Of a stretch of DNA of 53,166 nt, positions 34,521-44,385 are shown piece by piece (the stretch's first letter is position 1; every line of letters starts with the position of its first letter). The translations under genes and the position numbers were made by a program. This stretch comes from a virus (lineage: Duplodnaviria > Caudoviricetes). The stretch spans positions 1 through 53,166 of IMG/VR virus record IMGVR_UViG_3300023266_000001, one strand, 5' to 3'. The notes under the pieces are model-generated. The model saw only the letters and a program-made list of their open reading frames with translations. It was not told the origin of the DNA and did no database searches.

Positions 34521-35579
34521 ATGACTGCTAAGCGGTACTTTACTGACCACGTTCACTATTTCAATTACCAGACCGGCCGGCCGCGTTTTCACTTTGATGA
34601 GAACGCCGCCGGCGCTGGAGCCGGTGCGGACGCTGGGGCTGACAAGGATAAGGGCGCCGATGCCGGCGCTGACAAAGGCGCGGACGATAAGGGAACCATT
34701 CTCGACGGTGCCGACAAGGGCGGCGCTGACGACAAGGGCTCGGCCGATAAAGGCGCAGACAAGGGCGACGGCAAGGCCGAACCCGACTGGCGCTCCCGCA
34801 TGGCCGGCGATGATGCCGCCTTCCTGAAGCGCCTCGCCCGCTTCCCGGATGAGGCGACCTTCGCCAAGTCGTTCCGCTCGCTGGAACAGAAACTCTCGTC
34901 CGGCGAGTACAAGAAACCGCTGGCCGAGAATGCGACGGACGAAGAGAAGGCGACATGGCGCAAGGAAAACGGCCTGCCCGACAAGGCAGAGGGCTACGTC
35001 GAGAAGCTGGCGTTGCCGAACGGCCTTGTCATCGGCGAGGCCGAAAAGCCGATCGTGGCCGAGCTCGCCGCAGTGGCCCACGAAAGCAACCTCGATCCGA
35101 AGGCCTTCAACGGCCTTGTGTCGAAATACTACGAGATCCAGGACAAGCAGCGTCAGGCTCAGGAAGACGCCGACGTGGCCTTCAAGCTCGAATCCGAAGA
35201 CGCGCTGCGCAAGGACTGGCAGGGCCCGGACTTCCGCCGCAACCTGACCGCGGTGAGCAACCTGATGGCGACATGGCCGGAAGGTCTGGCTGCCTCTGTG
35301 CTGGCCGGCCGCGACCCGAACGGCCGCAAGCTCGGCGACAACCCGGCGTTCATCCGCCAGCTCGCGGCGCTTGCGATCGAACTCAACCCGGCCGCAACGC
35401 TCGTTCCCGCCGGCACGACCGACCCGGGCAAGAACGTGCAGGCGCGACTGGAGGAAATCCGGACGCTGCGGCGGAACGATCCTTCGGCTTATGAGGCCGA
35501 CAAGAAGATGCAGGCCGAAGAGCTTGAACTGATCGATGCCAATCTGAAAATGGAAAAGCGCGGCACTCGCGCTGCCTGA
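34521..35579 (+). CDS. Capsid scaffolding protein
   Basis: 352 aa acidic; GADK low-complexity N-terminus; directly upstream of the capsid gene. Confidence 0.8.
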   Translation: MTAKRYFTDHVHYFNYQTGRPRFHFDENAAGAGAGADAGADKDKGADAGADKGADDKGTILDGADKGGADDKGSADKGADKGDGKAEPDWRSRMAGDDAAFLKRLARFPDEATFAKSFRSLEQKLSSGEYKKPLAENATDEEKATWRKENGLPDKAEGYVEKLALPNGLVIGEAEKPIVAELAAVAHESNLDPKAFNGLVSKYYEIQDKQRQAQEDADVAFKLESEDALRKDWQGPDFRRNLTAVSNLMATWPEGLAASVLAGRDPNGRKLGDNPAFIRQLAALAIELNPAATLVPAGTTDPGKNVQARLEEIRTLRRNDPSAYEADKKMQAEELELIDANLKMEKRGTRAA

Positions 35580-35740
35580 TGGATCATTATCACGTCATCC
35601 CGCTCAACGATTTGCGCGAGCACAGTAGCGACAGCGACAAGCCATGCTGGTGCAGGCCGCACGAAGAGGATGGCGTAATCGTCCACAATAGTATGGACGG
35701 TCGAGAGCAATTTGAGACCGGCGAAAGGAAGCCGTCATAA
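35579..35740 (+). CDS. Small His/Cys protein (53 aa)
   Basis: TGATG overlap; HVIPLNDLREH...CWCRP...VIVHNSMDGRE. Confidence 0.65.
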   Translation: MDHYHVIPLNDLREHSSDSDKPCWCRPHEEDGVIVHNSMDGREQFETGERKPS

Positions 35741-35747
35741 CCAATCA

Positions 35748-35880
35748 GCTCCAGCGTCGGAGCCGGGACAACCCGCAAGGCCCCCGATAGAGACGCGCAC
35801 GCGCCAAAGGAAAGCCCCGTTTCAACCGAGCCCGGCGCCGCAAGGCCAACCCGGACACGGAACGCATTCGGACAACCTGG
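35748..35880 (+). ncRNA. Candidate structured leader of the capsid mRNA
   Basis: Two GCAA-tetraloop hairpins each with a CAAC internal loop; GGACAACC repeated. Confidence 0.4.
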
Positions 35881-35926
35881 ACAGAGGCACTCCCAAAACG
35901 AAAGGAAATTCTGAAAGGGACAATCC

Positions 35927-36766
35927 ATGTCCATTGAAGCAGCTCAGGTCCAGTATCGACAGGCGTTCATCGACCAGTTCGAGGGCCGGGCCTCCATCTT
36001 CCGCACCATGGCGACCAAGGAAACCGTTCTCAAGGGCAATACCGCGACCTTCCTGGTCGCCGGCTCCGGAACGGATACCGCGGTCACCCGCGGCACCAAC
36101 GGCCAGATCCCCTACGGCAACCCGACCAACACGCAGGTTTCTGCGACGCTGGTCGAGAAGCACGCGCCGTATGAACTGACCGGGTTCAACGTGTTCGCCT
36201 CGCAGGGCGATCAGAAGGCCATCATGCGCAAGGCCTCGATGAGCGTCATCAACCGCGACATCGATCTCGTGTGCCTGGCGGAACTGGCCAATGCGACCAT
36301 CGATACCGGCGCCTACGCAACGGCGTCCGTCGCGATGGTGGAAAAGGCCAAGGCCTACCTCGGCAACAACGATATCCCCGTCGAGGAAGAGGACAACATG
36401 TTCGCGGTTGTGTCGGCAGGCTTCATGGCCTACCTGCGCCAGACCACGGAATTCGCATCCTCCGACTATGTGGATGTCAAGCCGATGGTCGGCCCGACCC
36501 GCAAGATGCTGCGCTGGGCCGGCGTCAACTGGGCGCAGTCCGCCCGGGTAACCGGCGTCGGCACGGCTACCGAGCTTTGCTACATGTTCCACCGTGATGC
36601 CTTCGGCTACGCGGTGAACATCGGCGAGGACTCGATTCACATCGGGTACGACGAGAAGCAGGATATTTCGTGGTCGCGCGCCACGATTTTCCACGGCCCG
36701 AAGATCCTCCAGAACACCGGCATCGTTCAATTGAAACATGACGGTTCTGCGTTCAACCTGTCGTAA
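35927..36766 (+). CDS. Major capsid protein
   Basis: 279 aa, strong codon bias, AAAGGGA RBS, downstream of the scaffold. Confidence 0.85.
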   Translation: MSIEAAQVQYRQAFIDQFEGRASIFRTMATKETVLKGNTATFLVAGSGTDTAVTRGTNGQIPYGNPTNTQVSATLVEKHAPYELTGFNVFASQGDQKAIMRKASMSVINRDIDLVCLAELANATIDTGAYATASVAMVEKAKAYLGNNDIPVEEEDNMFAVVSAGFMAYLRQTTEFASSDYVDVKPMVGPTRKMLRWAGVNWAQSARVTGVGTATELCYMFHRDAFGYAVNIGEDSIHIGYDEKQDISWSRATIFHGPKILQNTGIVQLKHDGSAFNLS

Positions 36767-36779
36767 GGAGAACTGACAC

Positions 36780-37049
36780 ATGGCTTACGTTGCTGACAAT
36801 CTTTGGCTTGGCATCAACCCTGTTGGTGCGCAGGCTTACCCCCGCGTGTTTTACTACTACGACGCGGCGGCCGAGAGCGATGCCACCCTCGTTGGCGCGT
36901 CGTTCTTCTCTGACGGCGCCTCCAAGGGCATGCGCAAGGGCGACCTTCTCCTGGTCGTTCAGGTTGCCACCCCGAAGGGCAAGCAATACCAAGTCCTGTC
37001 CACGTCCGGCGCTGCCGCGACCGTGCAGGCCATGGCCGCGATCACCTAA
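36780..37049 (+). CDS. Putative capsid decoration protein
   Basis: 89 aa, AAGGAG RBS, immediately after the capsid gene. Confidence 0.6.
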   Translation: MAYVADNLWLGINPVGAQAYPRVFYYYDAAAESDATLVGASFFSDGASKGMRKGDLLLVVQVATPKGKQYQVLSTSGAAATVQAMAAIT

Positions 37050-37104
37050 CGACTGCAGGCCGGCGGTAATCGTGCCGCCGGCCCCTTCTCTCCAAAGGCA
37101 ACCC

Positions 37105-37542
37105 ATGACCGAAACTCCCATTCCGAAATTCAAGTCCAACGACTTCGGCGTCGCGTCGTTCAAGCGCAACGAATGGCATCTGACGCTGACCGAGGCCCAC
37201 ACCATGGAGCACGTCTCCAATCCGAGGCTGTGGGGCGACATCCTCGGCCGGGTGACGCGCGGCGACGTGGTGGAAGCGTTCAAGCCCGACAGCGGCGAGT
37301 GGGCGCGGTTCATCGTGACCGAGGCCGGCCCCGGCTTCATCAAGATCGGCAAGACCGAATCCTTCACCCCGGAAACCGTGGTCGAGCCCGACGACACCGG
37401 CCTTGAAACCAAGTGGAACGTCGGCAAGCGCGCGTTCGACGTGATCCGCTCGGCCGACAAGTTCGTGATGAAGGGCGGCTTCCAGACCAAGGCCAGCGCG
37501 GTCGAGTGGATGGCCGATCATCAGAAGAAGGTCGCGGCGTAA
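37105..37542 (+). CDS. Hypothetical protein
   Basis: MTETPIPKFK start after AAAGG; biased codons. Confidence 0.7.
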   Translation: MTETPIPKFKSNDFGVASFKRNEWHLTLTEAHTMEHVSNPRLWGDILGRVTRGDVVEAFKPDSGEWARFIVTEAGPGFIKIGKTESFTPETVVEPDDTGLETKWNVGKRAFDVIRSADKFVMKGGFQTKASAVEWMADHQKKVAA

Positions 37543-38169
37543 ATGTCGTATAGCGGCGGGAAAATCGGGGTCTACAATGGTGCCCTTCTTATTCTCGGAG
37601 AGCGGAAGCTATCTTCTCTGTCTGAAGCCAGGGAGCCCCGCCGCGCGCTGGATGATGCTTACGACAGCGCGCTCGAATACGGCCTGAGCCGGGGCTTCTG
37701 GAACTTCGCCATGCGTGCGATCCAGGCTGACAGTTCGGCCAGCGTCACCCCGACATTCGGCTTTACCTACGCCTTCACCAAGCCTTCCGACTTCGTGCGG
37801 CTGTACAATTTCGGATCGACTGAGACATTCGATCCGCCCCTGATGGCCGTGGTCGACGAGCCGAATTACTGGTACGCCAACTGTGACCCGCTCTATGTGA
37901 AATACGTCTCCAACGACAGTGCCTATGGTGGCGATCTCTCGATCTGGTCGGAGGCCTACGCCGACTACATCATGAACCGGCTGGCGGTGAAAACCTGCAA
38001 GCGGATCACCGGCAAGGCGCCGGATGCGGACATGTTCGCGGTCGAAAAGCGAGCGCTCGCCGTCGCCCGCTCGGAAGATGCGATGGACGAGCCGCCCGGC
38101 TTCCCGCCAAGAGGTTCGTGGGTCAATTCGCGGCGCGGCTCATTTTCTGATCGAAGCCTGATCCGATAG
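37543..38169 (+). CDS. Tail adaptor (tail tubular protein A, T7 gp11-like)
   Basis: YNGALLILGE, WNFA, FTYAFTKPSDFVRL. Confidence 0.8.
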   Translation: MSYSGGKIGVYNGALLILGERKLSSLSEAREPRRALDDAYDSALEYGLSRGFWNFAMRAIQADSSASVTPTFGFTYAFTKPSDFVRLYNFGSTETFDPPLMAVVDEPNYWYANCDPLYVKYVSNDSAYGGDLSIWSEAYADYIMNRLAVKTCKRITGKAPDADMFAVEKRALAVARSEDAMDEPPGFPPRGSWVNSRRGSFSDRSLIR

Positions 38170-40911
38170 ATGGGCAAAACCAACGCGGCACTGCTCAGCT
38201 TCAACCGCGGTGAATGTTCACGCTATGCCCTGGCGCGCGTCGATGTGGAGCGGATGCGCCTGTCGGCGGAAGAACAGGTCAACTGGCAACCATGGGTTCT
38301 CGGCCCGATGATGCTGCGGCCGGGCCTGCAATATATCGGCGGCATCAACGATGATCTGACCTGTCGGCTGTTGCCGTTCATTTTCTCGAACAGCGATGTT
38401 GCGCTGCTTGAATTGACGGATTCGGTTCTCCGGGTCTGGACGGTGACCGATACCGCTGAAACGCTCGTGACCCGGCCCTCTGTTTCTACCGTGGTCACCA
38501 ATGGAAACTTCTCCAGTTCCACGGGCTGGACGCTGACCGCAACCGGCTCCGGATCGATCGCGAGCATCACTGCAGGCTCGCTGGTTCTGCAAATGCCGGT
38601 AGCTGGCGGCGTGGCGCGGGCCCAAAGAACGGTTACCGTGTCCGCTCCGGATCAGAACGTTCGGCACGCCTTTCGTATCGAAGTCACTTCAGGGCCGGTT
38701 TTGTTCAAGGCCGGGACGACCGCGGGAGGCGGGGAATACATCGCGCAAAGCACGCTGGAAACCGGGACGCATTCGCTATCATTTGTTCCAACAGGCGCCA
38801 CCGTTCATATCCAGCTCGAAACCATCACCGCGCAGGTCAAGACGGTTGACTCGATCGCGATCGAAGCTGCCGGCGCAATGGAGCTGGCCACGAGCTGGGA
38901 CGCGGCCGACCTGCCGTACCTTCGCTTTACGCAATCCGGCGATATCGTCTACGTTGCGTGTCAGGGGCAGCGACAGCGACAAATCGAGCGGCGCGGCACC
39001 TACTCATGGTCCGTGGTGCTGTACAAGGCCAACAACGGCCCGTTCCAGGCGCCCAACGCGACCGATATCACGATCGCGTCTTCGGCCCTGAACGGCAACG
39101 CGACCCTTACCGCAAGCCGGCCGCTTTTCTCGGCGGATCACGTCGGCTGCTTGTTCAAGATAGTCTCCAGCGGGCAGATCACGAACGATGCGATTGCCGG
39201 AGACCCACTGTACGGATCAGCCATCCGGGTAACCGGCGTCGGCGATGCCAGGATTTTCAATTACGCGATTTCCGGAACGTGGACGGGAACGCTCACCATG
39301 CAGCGGTCGCTGGTTTCGGAATCGTCAGGCTTTGTCGATATTGCAACGTTCTCCGGGAATGCTTCCGATATCAGTAATGACCATCTGGATAATTCCATCG
39401 TCTGGTATCGCATCGGGTTCAATTCCGGCGGGCATTCGAGCGGAACCGCAAATATTTCGCTGACCTATACGGGCGGCGGCGGCACCGGAATCAGCCGGGT
39501 CTACAGCTACACGTCGCCAACGGCGGTGGATGTTGAGATCCTGACCCCTTTCACGGGCATAACGGCGACCGTAAACTGGAGCGAGGGCGACTGGTCGGAT
39601 GTCGTTGGCTGGCCGTCTTCTCTCGCCTTTCACGATGGCCGGATGTGGTTCGGAGGCCGCGACAAGATTTGGGGATCGGTTTCCGACAACTACACCAGCT
39701 TCGACGACAGCGTGGAGGGCGATTCCGGGCCGATCAATCGCTCGGTCGGGTTCGGCCCCGTCGATACCATCAACTGGCTGCTCCCTCTTGGAAGGCTGAT
39801 TGTCGGCCGGCAGGGTGCGGAGACTTCGGTTCGCTCGGGCAGCTTTGACGAGCCGCTGACGCCGACGAACTTTACGCTGAAGGATTGTTCGACGCAGGGC
39901 TCTGCCGCGGTCGGCGCGGTCAAGATCGATACCCGCGGCGTATTCGTGCAGCAGTCCAACCGTCGCGTCTTTGAACTTTCGTTTTCGTCCGAAGGGCAGG
40001 ATTATAACGCCCACGACCTGACGCGACTCAATCCCGATATCGGGGAAGAGGGTTTTGTCGATCTGGCCGTGCAGCGACAGCCCGATACCCAACTGCATTT
40101 CATCCGGGGTGACGGGCAGGTGGCGGCGCTTTTGCATGATGCGGAAGATCAGGTGGAATCCTGGTGGCGGGTCGATACGCCCGGCGCTGATGGTGTGGTC
40201 GAATCCGTCGCTGTCCTGCCGGGCCAACTGGAAAACCGGGTCTATTACTCGGTCAAGCGCACCATTGGCGGTTCGACAAAGCGGTTTCTGGAAAAGCTGA
40301 CGCGGCGCGACCAGTCTTATGGATTGCCAGAAGCAAGGCTGGCCGATTGCCATATCTACTACTCCGGGGTTGCGGCCACCACGATTCCCGGTCTTTTGCA
40401 TCTTGAAGGTGAGGAAGTCGTGGTCTGGGGCTGGAATACGGAAACACCGTTCACGGCGACGCTGCCGGATGGATCGATCGCCACGACGGGGCGGGATTTT
40501 GGAACGTTCACCGTGTCAGGCGGGCAGGTCGTCGGCTTAAGCGATGCTGTGACGGACGCCGTGGTCGGGCTCGGTTATGAAGCCACGTTCAAATCGTCAA
40601 AGCTCGCCTATGCGGCGCAGATGGGAACGGCGCTGAACCAGGAGAAAAAGGTTGACCGGATCGGGCTGATCCTCGCCAACACCCACGCACAGGGCCTCGA
40701 ATACGGGCAGTCGTTTGCGCTCATGGATCCGCTTCCGATGGTGGAAGACGGTGCTGACGTGGATCAAAACACGGTCTGGGCCGAGTTCGATGAGCCCATG
40801 ATGACGCTTCCCGGCGACTGGGGAACCGATGCGCGGCTATGCTTGCGGGCGACCGCACCGCGTCCGTGCATGGTGCTGGCGGCGGTGGTCGGTGTCACAA
40901 CCAACGAGTGA
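38170..40911 (+). CDS. Tail nozzle (tail tubular protein B, T7 gp12-like)
   Basis: 913 aa; SFNRGE, RPG, QSGDIVY, GWPSSLAFHDGRMWFGG, VVGLGY. Confidence 0.85.
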   Translation: MGKTNAALLSFNRGECSRYALARVDVERMRLSAEEQVNWQPWVLGPMMLRPGLQYIGGINDDLTCRLLPFIFSNSDVALLELTDSVLRVWTVTDTAETLVTRPSVSTVVTNGNFSSSTGWTLTATGSGSIASITAGSLVLQMPVAGGVARAQRTVTVSAPDQNVRHAFRIEVTSGPVLFKAGTTAGGGEYIAQSTLETGTHSLSFVPTGATVHIQLETITAQVKTVDSIAIEAAGAMELATSWDAADLPYLRFTQSGDIVYVACQGQRQRQIERRGTYSWSVVLYKANNGPFQAPNATDITIASSALNGNATLTASRPLFSADHVGCLFKIVSSGQITNDAIAGDPLYGSAIRVTGVGDARIFNYAISGTWTGTLTMQRSLVSESSGFVDIATFSGNASDISNDHLDNSIVWYRIGFNSGGHSSGTANISLTYTGGGGTGISRVYSYTSPTAVDVEILTPFTGITATVNWSEGDWSDVVGWPSSLAFHDGRMWFGGRDKIWGSVSDNYTSFDDSVEGDSGPINRSVGFGPVDTINWLLPLGRLIVGRQGAETSVRSGSFDEPLTPTNFTLKDCSTQGSAAVGAVKIDTRGVFVQQSNRRVFELSFSSEGQDYNAHDLTRLNPDIGEEGFVDLAVQRQPDTQLHFIRGDGQVAALLHDAEDQVESWWRVDTPGADGVVESVAVLPGQLENRVYYSVKRTIGGSTKRFLEKLTRRDQSYGLPEARLADCHIYYSGVAATTIPGLLHLEGEEVVVWGWNTETPFTATLPDGSIATTGRDFGTFTVSGGQVVGLSDAVTDAVVGLGYEATFKSSKLAYAAQMGTALNQEKKVDRIGLILANTHAQGLEYGQSFALMDPLPMVEDGADVDQNTVWAEFDEPMMTLPGDWGTDARLCLRATAPRPCMVLAAVVGVTTNE

Positions 40912-41281
40912 GAAAATCGTCATCCGGCCGGCCACCCGCGCCGATATCGACGCCATGATCGACGAGAAGCTGCCGTGGCGAGTCCGGGCGTGGGCGGTTG
41001 AGAAGGGCGATGAACTGCTCGGGATAGGTGGTTTCGCCTACCAGCCAAACGACACGATCGCGGCCTTTGTGCTGAAGAAGCCGGGCGCCGAGAAATACGC
41101 CGTTTCGCTGCACCGCGCCGGGCTGATGGCGATGCGCGAGGCTAAGCGACTGGGATACCGCCGGATTGTCGCCCTGGCCGAACAGACGAACGAAGCCGCC
41201 GAGCGCTGGCTTATCAGATTGGGATTTAAGCTGGTCATGGTCGATCGCGAGAAGGCGTGGGTTTGGGAGGCGTCTAACTGA
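40892..41281 (+). CDS. GNAT-fold protein (T7 gp13-like position)
   Basis: IRPATRADI...GIGG...AERWLIRLGF. Confidence 0.7.
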   Translation: MSQPTSEKIVIRPATRADIDAMIDEKLPWRVRAWAVEKGDELLGIGGFAYQPNDTIAAFVLKKPGAEKYAVSLHRAGLMAMREAKRLGYRRIVALAEQTNEAAERWLIRLGFKLVMVDREKAWVWEASN

Positions 41282-41862
41282 TGTGGGCCGCCTATCGCCA
41301 TTTCCTAGGGCATGTTGCCGTACATGATCCCGTGACGATGACGGTCGCAACCGTGGCCGGCGGGGCGTTGTCGGCCGCCGGAACGCTCATGGGCGGGAGT
41401 GCTGCGGCCGATGCCGGTCAACGGCAGCAACAGGCGCAATACTTCAAGGCGGCACAGGAAGAGCAGGCCGCTCAGGAGAGCAGGGCGGCCTCACAGCGCG
41501 TTTCCATGGACAAGGAGCGCGAGGGGCGGCTGCTCAATTCCAAGCTGCAGGCGAACGCCGCGGCGGGCGGTGGCGGTGCGGCCGACCCGACCATCCTTAA
41601 CCTGGCCGGCGGCATCGCGGGCCGCAGTGAATTCGAGTCGCTTTTGGAAATGTACAAGGGTGAAAATCGCGCGCGAGGGCTGGAAGATTCGGCGGTTGGT
41701 TCCCGGTTATCGGGTGACGCTGCCAAGGCTGAGGGCGAGGCCAAGAAAAACGCCTCCTACTTCTCGGCGGCTGGAACGCTGATCGGCTCGGCCGGGTCTG
41801 CGTTCAAGACCTACAAGGGCATTCCATCCGGACGTTCTCTAGACCAGATGGCCTACGGATAA
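41281..41862 (+). CDS. Internal virion/ejection protein (gp14-like)
   Basis: Ala/Gly-rich N-terminus, helical; conserved position. Confidence 0.75.
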   Translation: MWAAYRHFLGHVAVHDPVTMTVATVAGGALSAAGTLMGGSAAADAGQRQQQAQYFKAAQEEQAAQESRAASQRVSMDKEREGRLLNSKLQANAAAGGGGAADPTILNLAGGIAGRSEFESLLEMYKGENRARGLEDSAVGSRLSGDAAKAEGEAKKNASYFSAAGTLIGSAGSAFKTYKGIPSGRSLDQMAYG

Positions 41863-44385
41863 ATGGCCCGTCTTCCGGACGAAACGGCGCTCGGCGGGAT
41901 TTCAAATCCCAGTTCCGGCAGACAGATTGCGACCTATGACACAACCGGCTACGCGCGCGGCGCGGCGGCACTCGCTGGCGGCGTTAGCGATATTGGTAAG
42001 GGTGTTTCCTCAGCGTCAAAGGATATTGGTGCTGCGCTGACCCATGAGCGGGCTGTTGACGACAAGCTGGAAGTCGCCAGAGCCCGCGCAGATTTCCTGA
42101 CCAAGAAGATTGAACTGGATGGGTCGGTCAGGGACGATCAGGATTACGAGACGCTGCAGGAGCGCTATAATACCAAGTTGGGCGAAATCCGCACGGGCTC
42201 TACAAGCCTGATCAGCAACCCAAAGACGCGGGAACTGTTCGACCTTTCGATTGCGGATGACGTCGCAAAAGCCTCTCAGGGTGCGGCGCTACAGTCTAAT
42301 AAAATCTGGAAGGATAAGACGCTCGCCGACTCGACTGAACGTCTTGAGAACATTCGTCAAGCGGCGCTCAAGACCAACGATCCCGAAGAGCGGATGAAGC
42401 TGATCGACAGCGGCAACCAGCTTATTTCCTCGTTGGCTGAAAAGAACGTGACGACGGCCGCAGATGCTGCTTCGGCCAAGAAGAAGTGGACGCAGGATTA
42501 CGCCTACGGCGCGATTGGGCTGTTGCCTGCCGCTGAGCGGGTGGCTGTGCTGGATGGCTACGAAGGGGCACTGAAGAAACAGGAATCGGGCGGCAACCCG
42601 GGCAAGGTCAACCCGCTCGGCTATGCCGGCCTCTATCAGTTCGGTGCCCCGCGCCTGGCCGATATGGGTGTGTATACGCCGGGGCCGGGCGAATCCTTGA
42701 AGGGCTGGTCAGAAACGGCGGCCAACGCGCCCGGTAAATGGACCGGCACGTTCAACATTCCAGGCCGGCCGGATATCAAGACACTGAAGGACTTCCTCGC
42801 CAACCCCAGCGCGCAGGAAGAGGCGTTCCAGATCCACACCCAAAAGATGGATCAGGAAATCAAGAGCAACGGATTCGATAAATACATCGGCAAGGAAGTC
42901 GGCGGCACGGTGATTACCCGTGAAGGCCTGCACGCCATGATGCACCTCGGCGGGGTTGGCGGTGCGCGGCGAACGTTGGAAAGCGACGGCAAGGATTCGC
43001 CAAAGGACGCGAACGGAACGTCTGTTCTGAGTTATGCTCGCTTTGGTAATCAGAGCGGATTGTCAAAGGTTGCCTCTCTGCTGCCGGAGGACACCCGCGC
43101 CAAGATGCGGATGGACTCGCAGAACGAGGTTGATCGGTCCACGGTCAAGGCGGCGATGGCGCAATCCGAAGTTCATGACCGCGCTATTACGGACGCCGCG
43201 GCGGGGATTTCACCGCTGCCGCCGCGCTCCTCGATCACAGACGATCCGGCGCTCGATGAGCCGCACCGCAATACGCTTTTGAAGCAGTACGATTCCGCGG
43301 CCGGCGATGTTGTGAAGTTTGAGCGGGCGGTTGCCAAATTTCGCGACCATAATGCGGGAACATTCAACGCATTCGATAAGGACGACCGCGACAACAGCGA
43401 CAAGATTTACAAGGTGCTGGGCGGCGATGTTCCGGCGCTTCAGGCGGTTGTCCAGCGAACCGGGATTGTTCCCAAGTCGGCTGTGGTCGATATGCGTGGC
43501 GGGCTTAGCTCGGCTGATCCGCAAAAGGTGGGTGCTTCACTGCAATTGGCGGCCAACCTGGTCGGCGGGGACAAGCCGGACATGTTCGCCGGCATAGAAG
43601 GCGGCAAGGAGCTATCAGAAGCAGGACTGGCGTTTCGACACTATGTCTACGATCGCGGCATGACAGCGGCGGATGCCACCAAGAAAATCATGGAAGAGCG
43701 GACGCCGGAGTACGAACAGAAGATCAAGGCGCGCATCAAATCCGAGGACGTGAACGCTATCGTCAAGAAGCAATTGAACGATGGGGATATACGGTCCGCA
43801 TTTGATCCTAGCTTTCTGGGTCTGGCGCTGAACCCGCAACTAGCTTTCAGCCCGGAAACCCGCCAGCGCGCGATGGGCGATTACGAAGAAATCTTCCGCG
43901 AGAAGTTTGCGGCCAACGGCGACGTTTCCCTAAGCAAGAAGCTGGCACTGGAAGATATGAAGAAAACCTGGGGCGTCAGCACCATCAACGGCTCGAAAAC
44001 CGTCATGAAGTATCCTCCGGAGCGGTCGCCGGTCTATGCCGGAATCGAAAACGCGAGCGAGCATATTGCGGCGCAGGCTGTTTCGGCGATCAAGGATTTG
44101 AATGGTGCTGATATCGATCGCTCGAAGATCCGACTGGATGAAGTCAAGAGCACCGGACAGCGCTACATGACCGGCCAGCCACCTACCTATGTTCTGAGCT
44201 ACGTCGATAAGAACGGTCACGTCCAGACCATCCCAAAGCAATTCTACGCCGATCCGGTCCAGATGAGGGATACGCAGACTGCAGCAAGGGCTACGGAAGC
44301 GGCAAGGATACAGGAGCGGTTGGCACTTGAGGATGAACTTGGGTTGGCAGACCAGAAGCGCGCTCCGTTCGGGGTGTTCAACTAA
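41863..44385 (+). CDS. Internal virion/ejection protein with lysozyme-like domain
   Basis: 840 aa; KQESGGNP..VNPLGYAGLYQFG transglycosylase-type motif. Confidence 0.8.
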   Translation: MARLPDETALGGISNPSSGRQIATYDTTGYARGAAALAGGVSDIGKGVSSASKDIGAALTHERAVDDKLEVARARADFLTKKIELDGSVRDDQDYETLQERYNTKLGEIRTGSTSLISNPKTRELFDLSIADDVAKASQGAALQSNKIWKDKTLADSTERLENIRQAALKTNDPEERMKLIDSGNQLISSLAEKNVTTAADAASAKKKWTQDYAYGAIGLLPAAERVAVLDGYEGALKKQESGGNPGKVNPLGYAGLYQFGAPRLADMGVYTPGPGESLKGWSETAANAPGKWTGTFNIPGRPDIKTLKDFLANPSAQEEAFQIHTQKMDQEIKSNGFDKYIGKEVGGTVITREGLHAMMHLGGVGGARRTLESDGKDSPKDANGTSVLSYARFGNQSGLSKVASLLPEDTRAKMRMDSQNEVDRSTVKAAMAQSEVHDRAITDAAAGISPLPPRSSITDDPALDEPHRNTLLKQYDSAAGDVVKFERAVAKFRDHNAGTFNAFDKDDRDNSDKIYKVLGGDVPALQAVVQRTGIVPKSAVVDMRGGLSSADPQKVGASLQLAANLVGGDKPDMFAGIEGGKELSEAGLAFRHYVYDRGMTAADATKKIMEERTPEYEQKIKARIKSEDVNAIVKKQLNDGDIRSAFDPSFLGLALNPQLAFSPETRQRAMGDYEEIFREKFAANGDVSLSKKLALEDMKKTWGVSTINGSKTVMKYPPERSPVYAGIENASEHIAAQAVSAIKDLNGADIDRSKIRLDEVKSTGQRYMTGQPPTYVLSYVDKNGHVQTIPKQFYADPVQMRDTQTAARATEAARIQERLALEDELGLADQKRAPFGVFN

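Noticed and set aside
36740-37049. Programmed frameshift or readthrough extending the capsid protein
   Set aside because: No slippery heptamer seen near the stop, and the downstream gene has its own strong RBS
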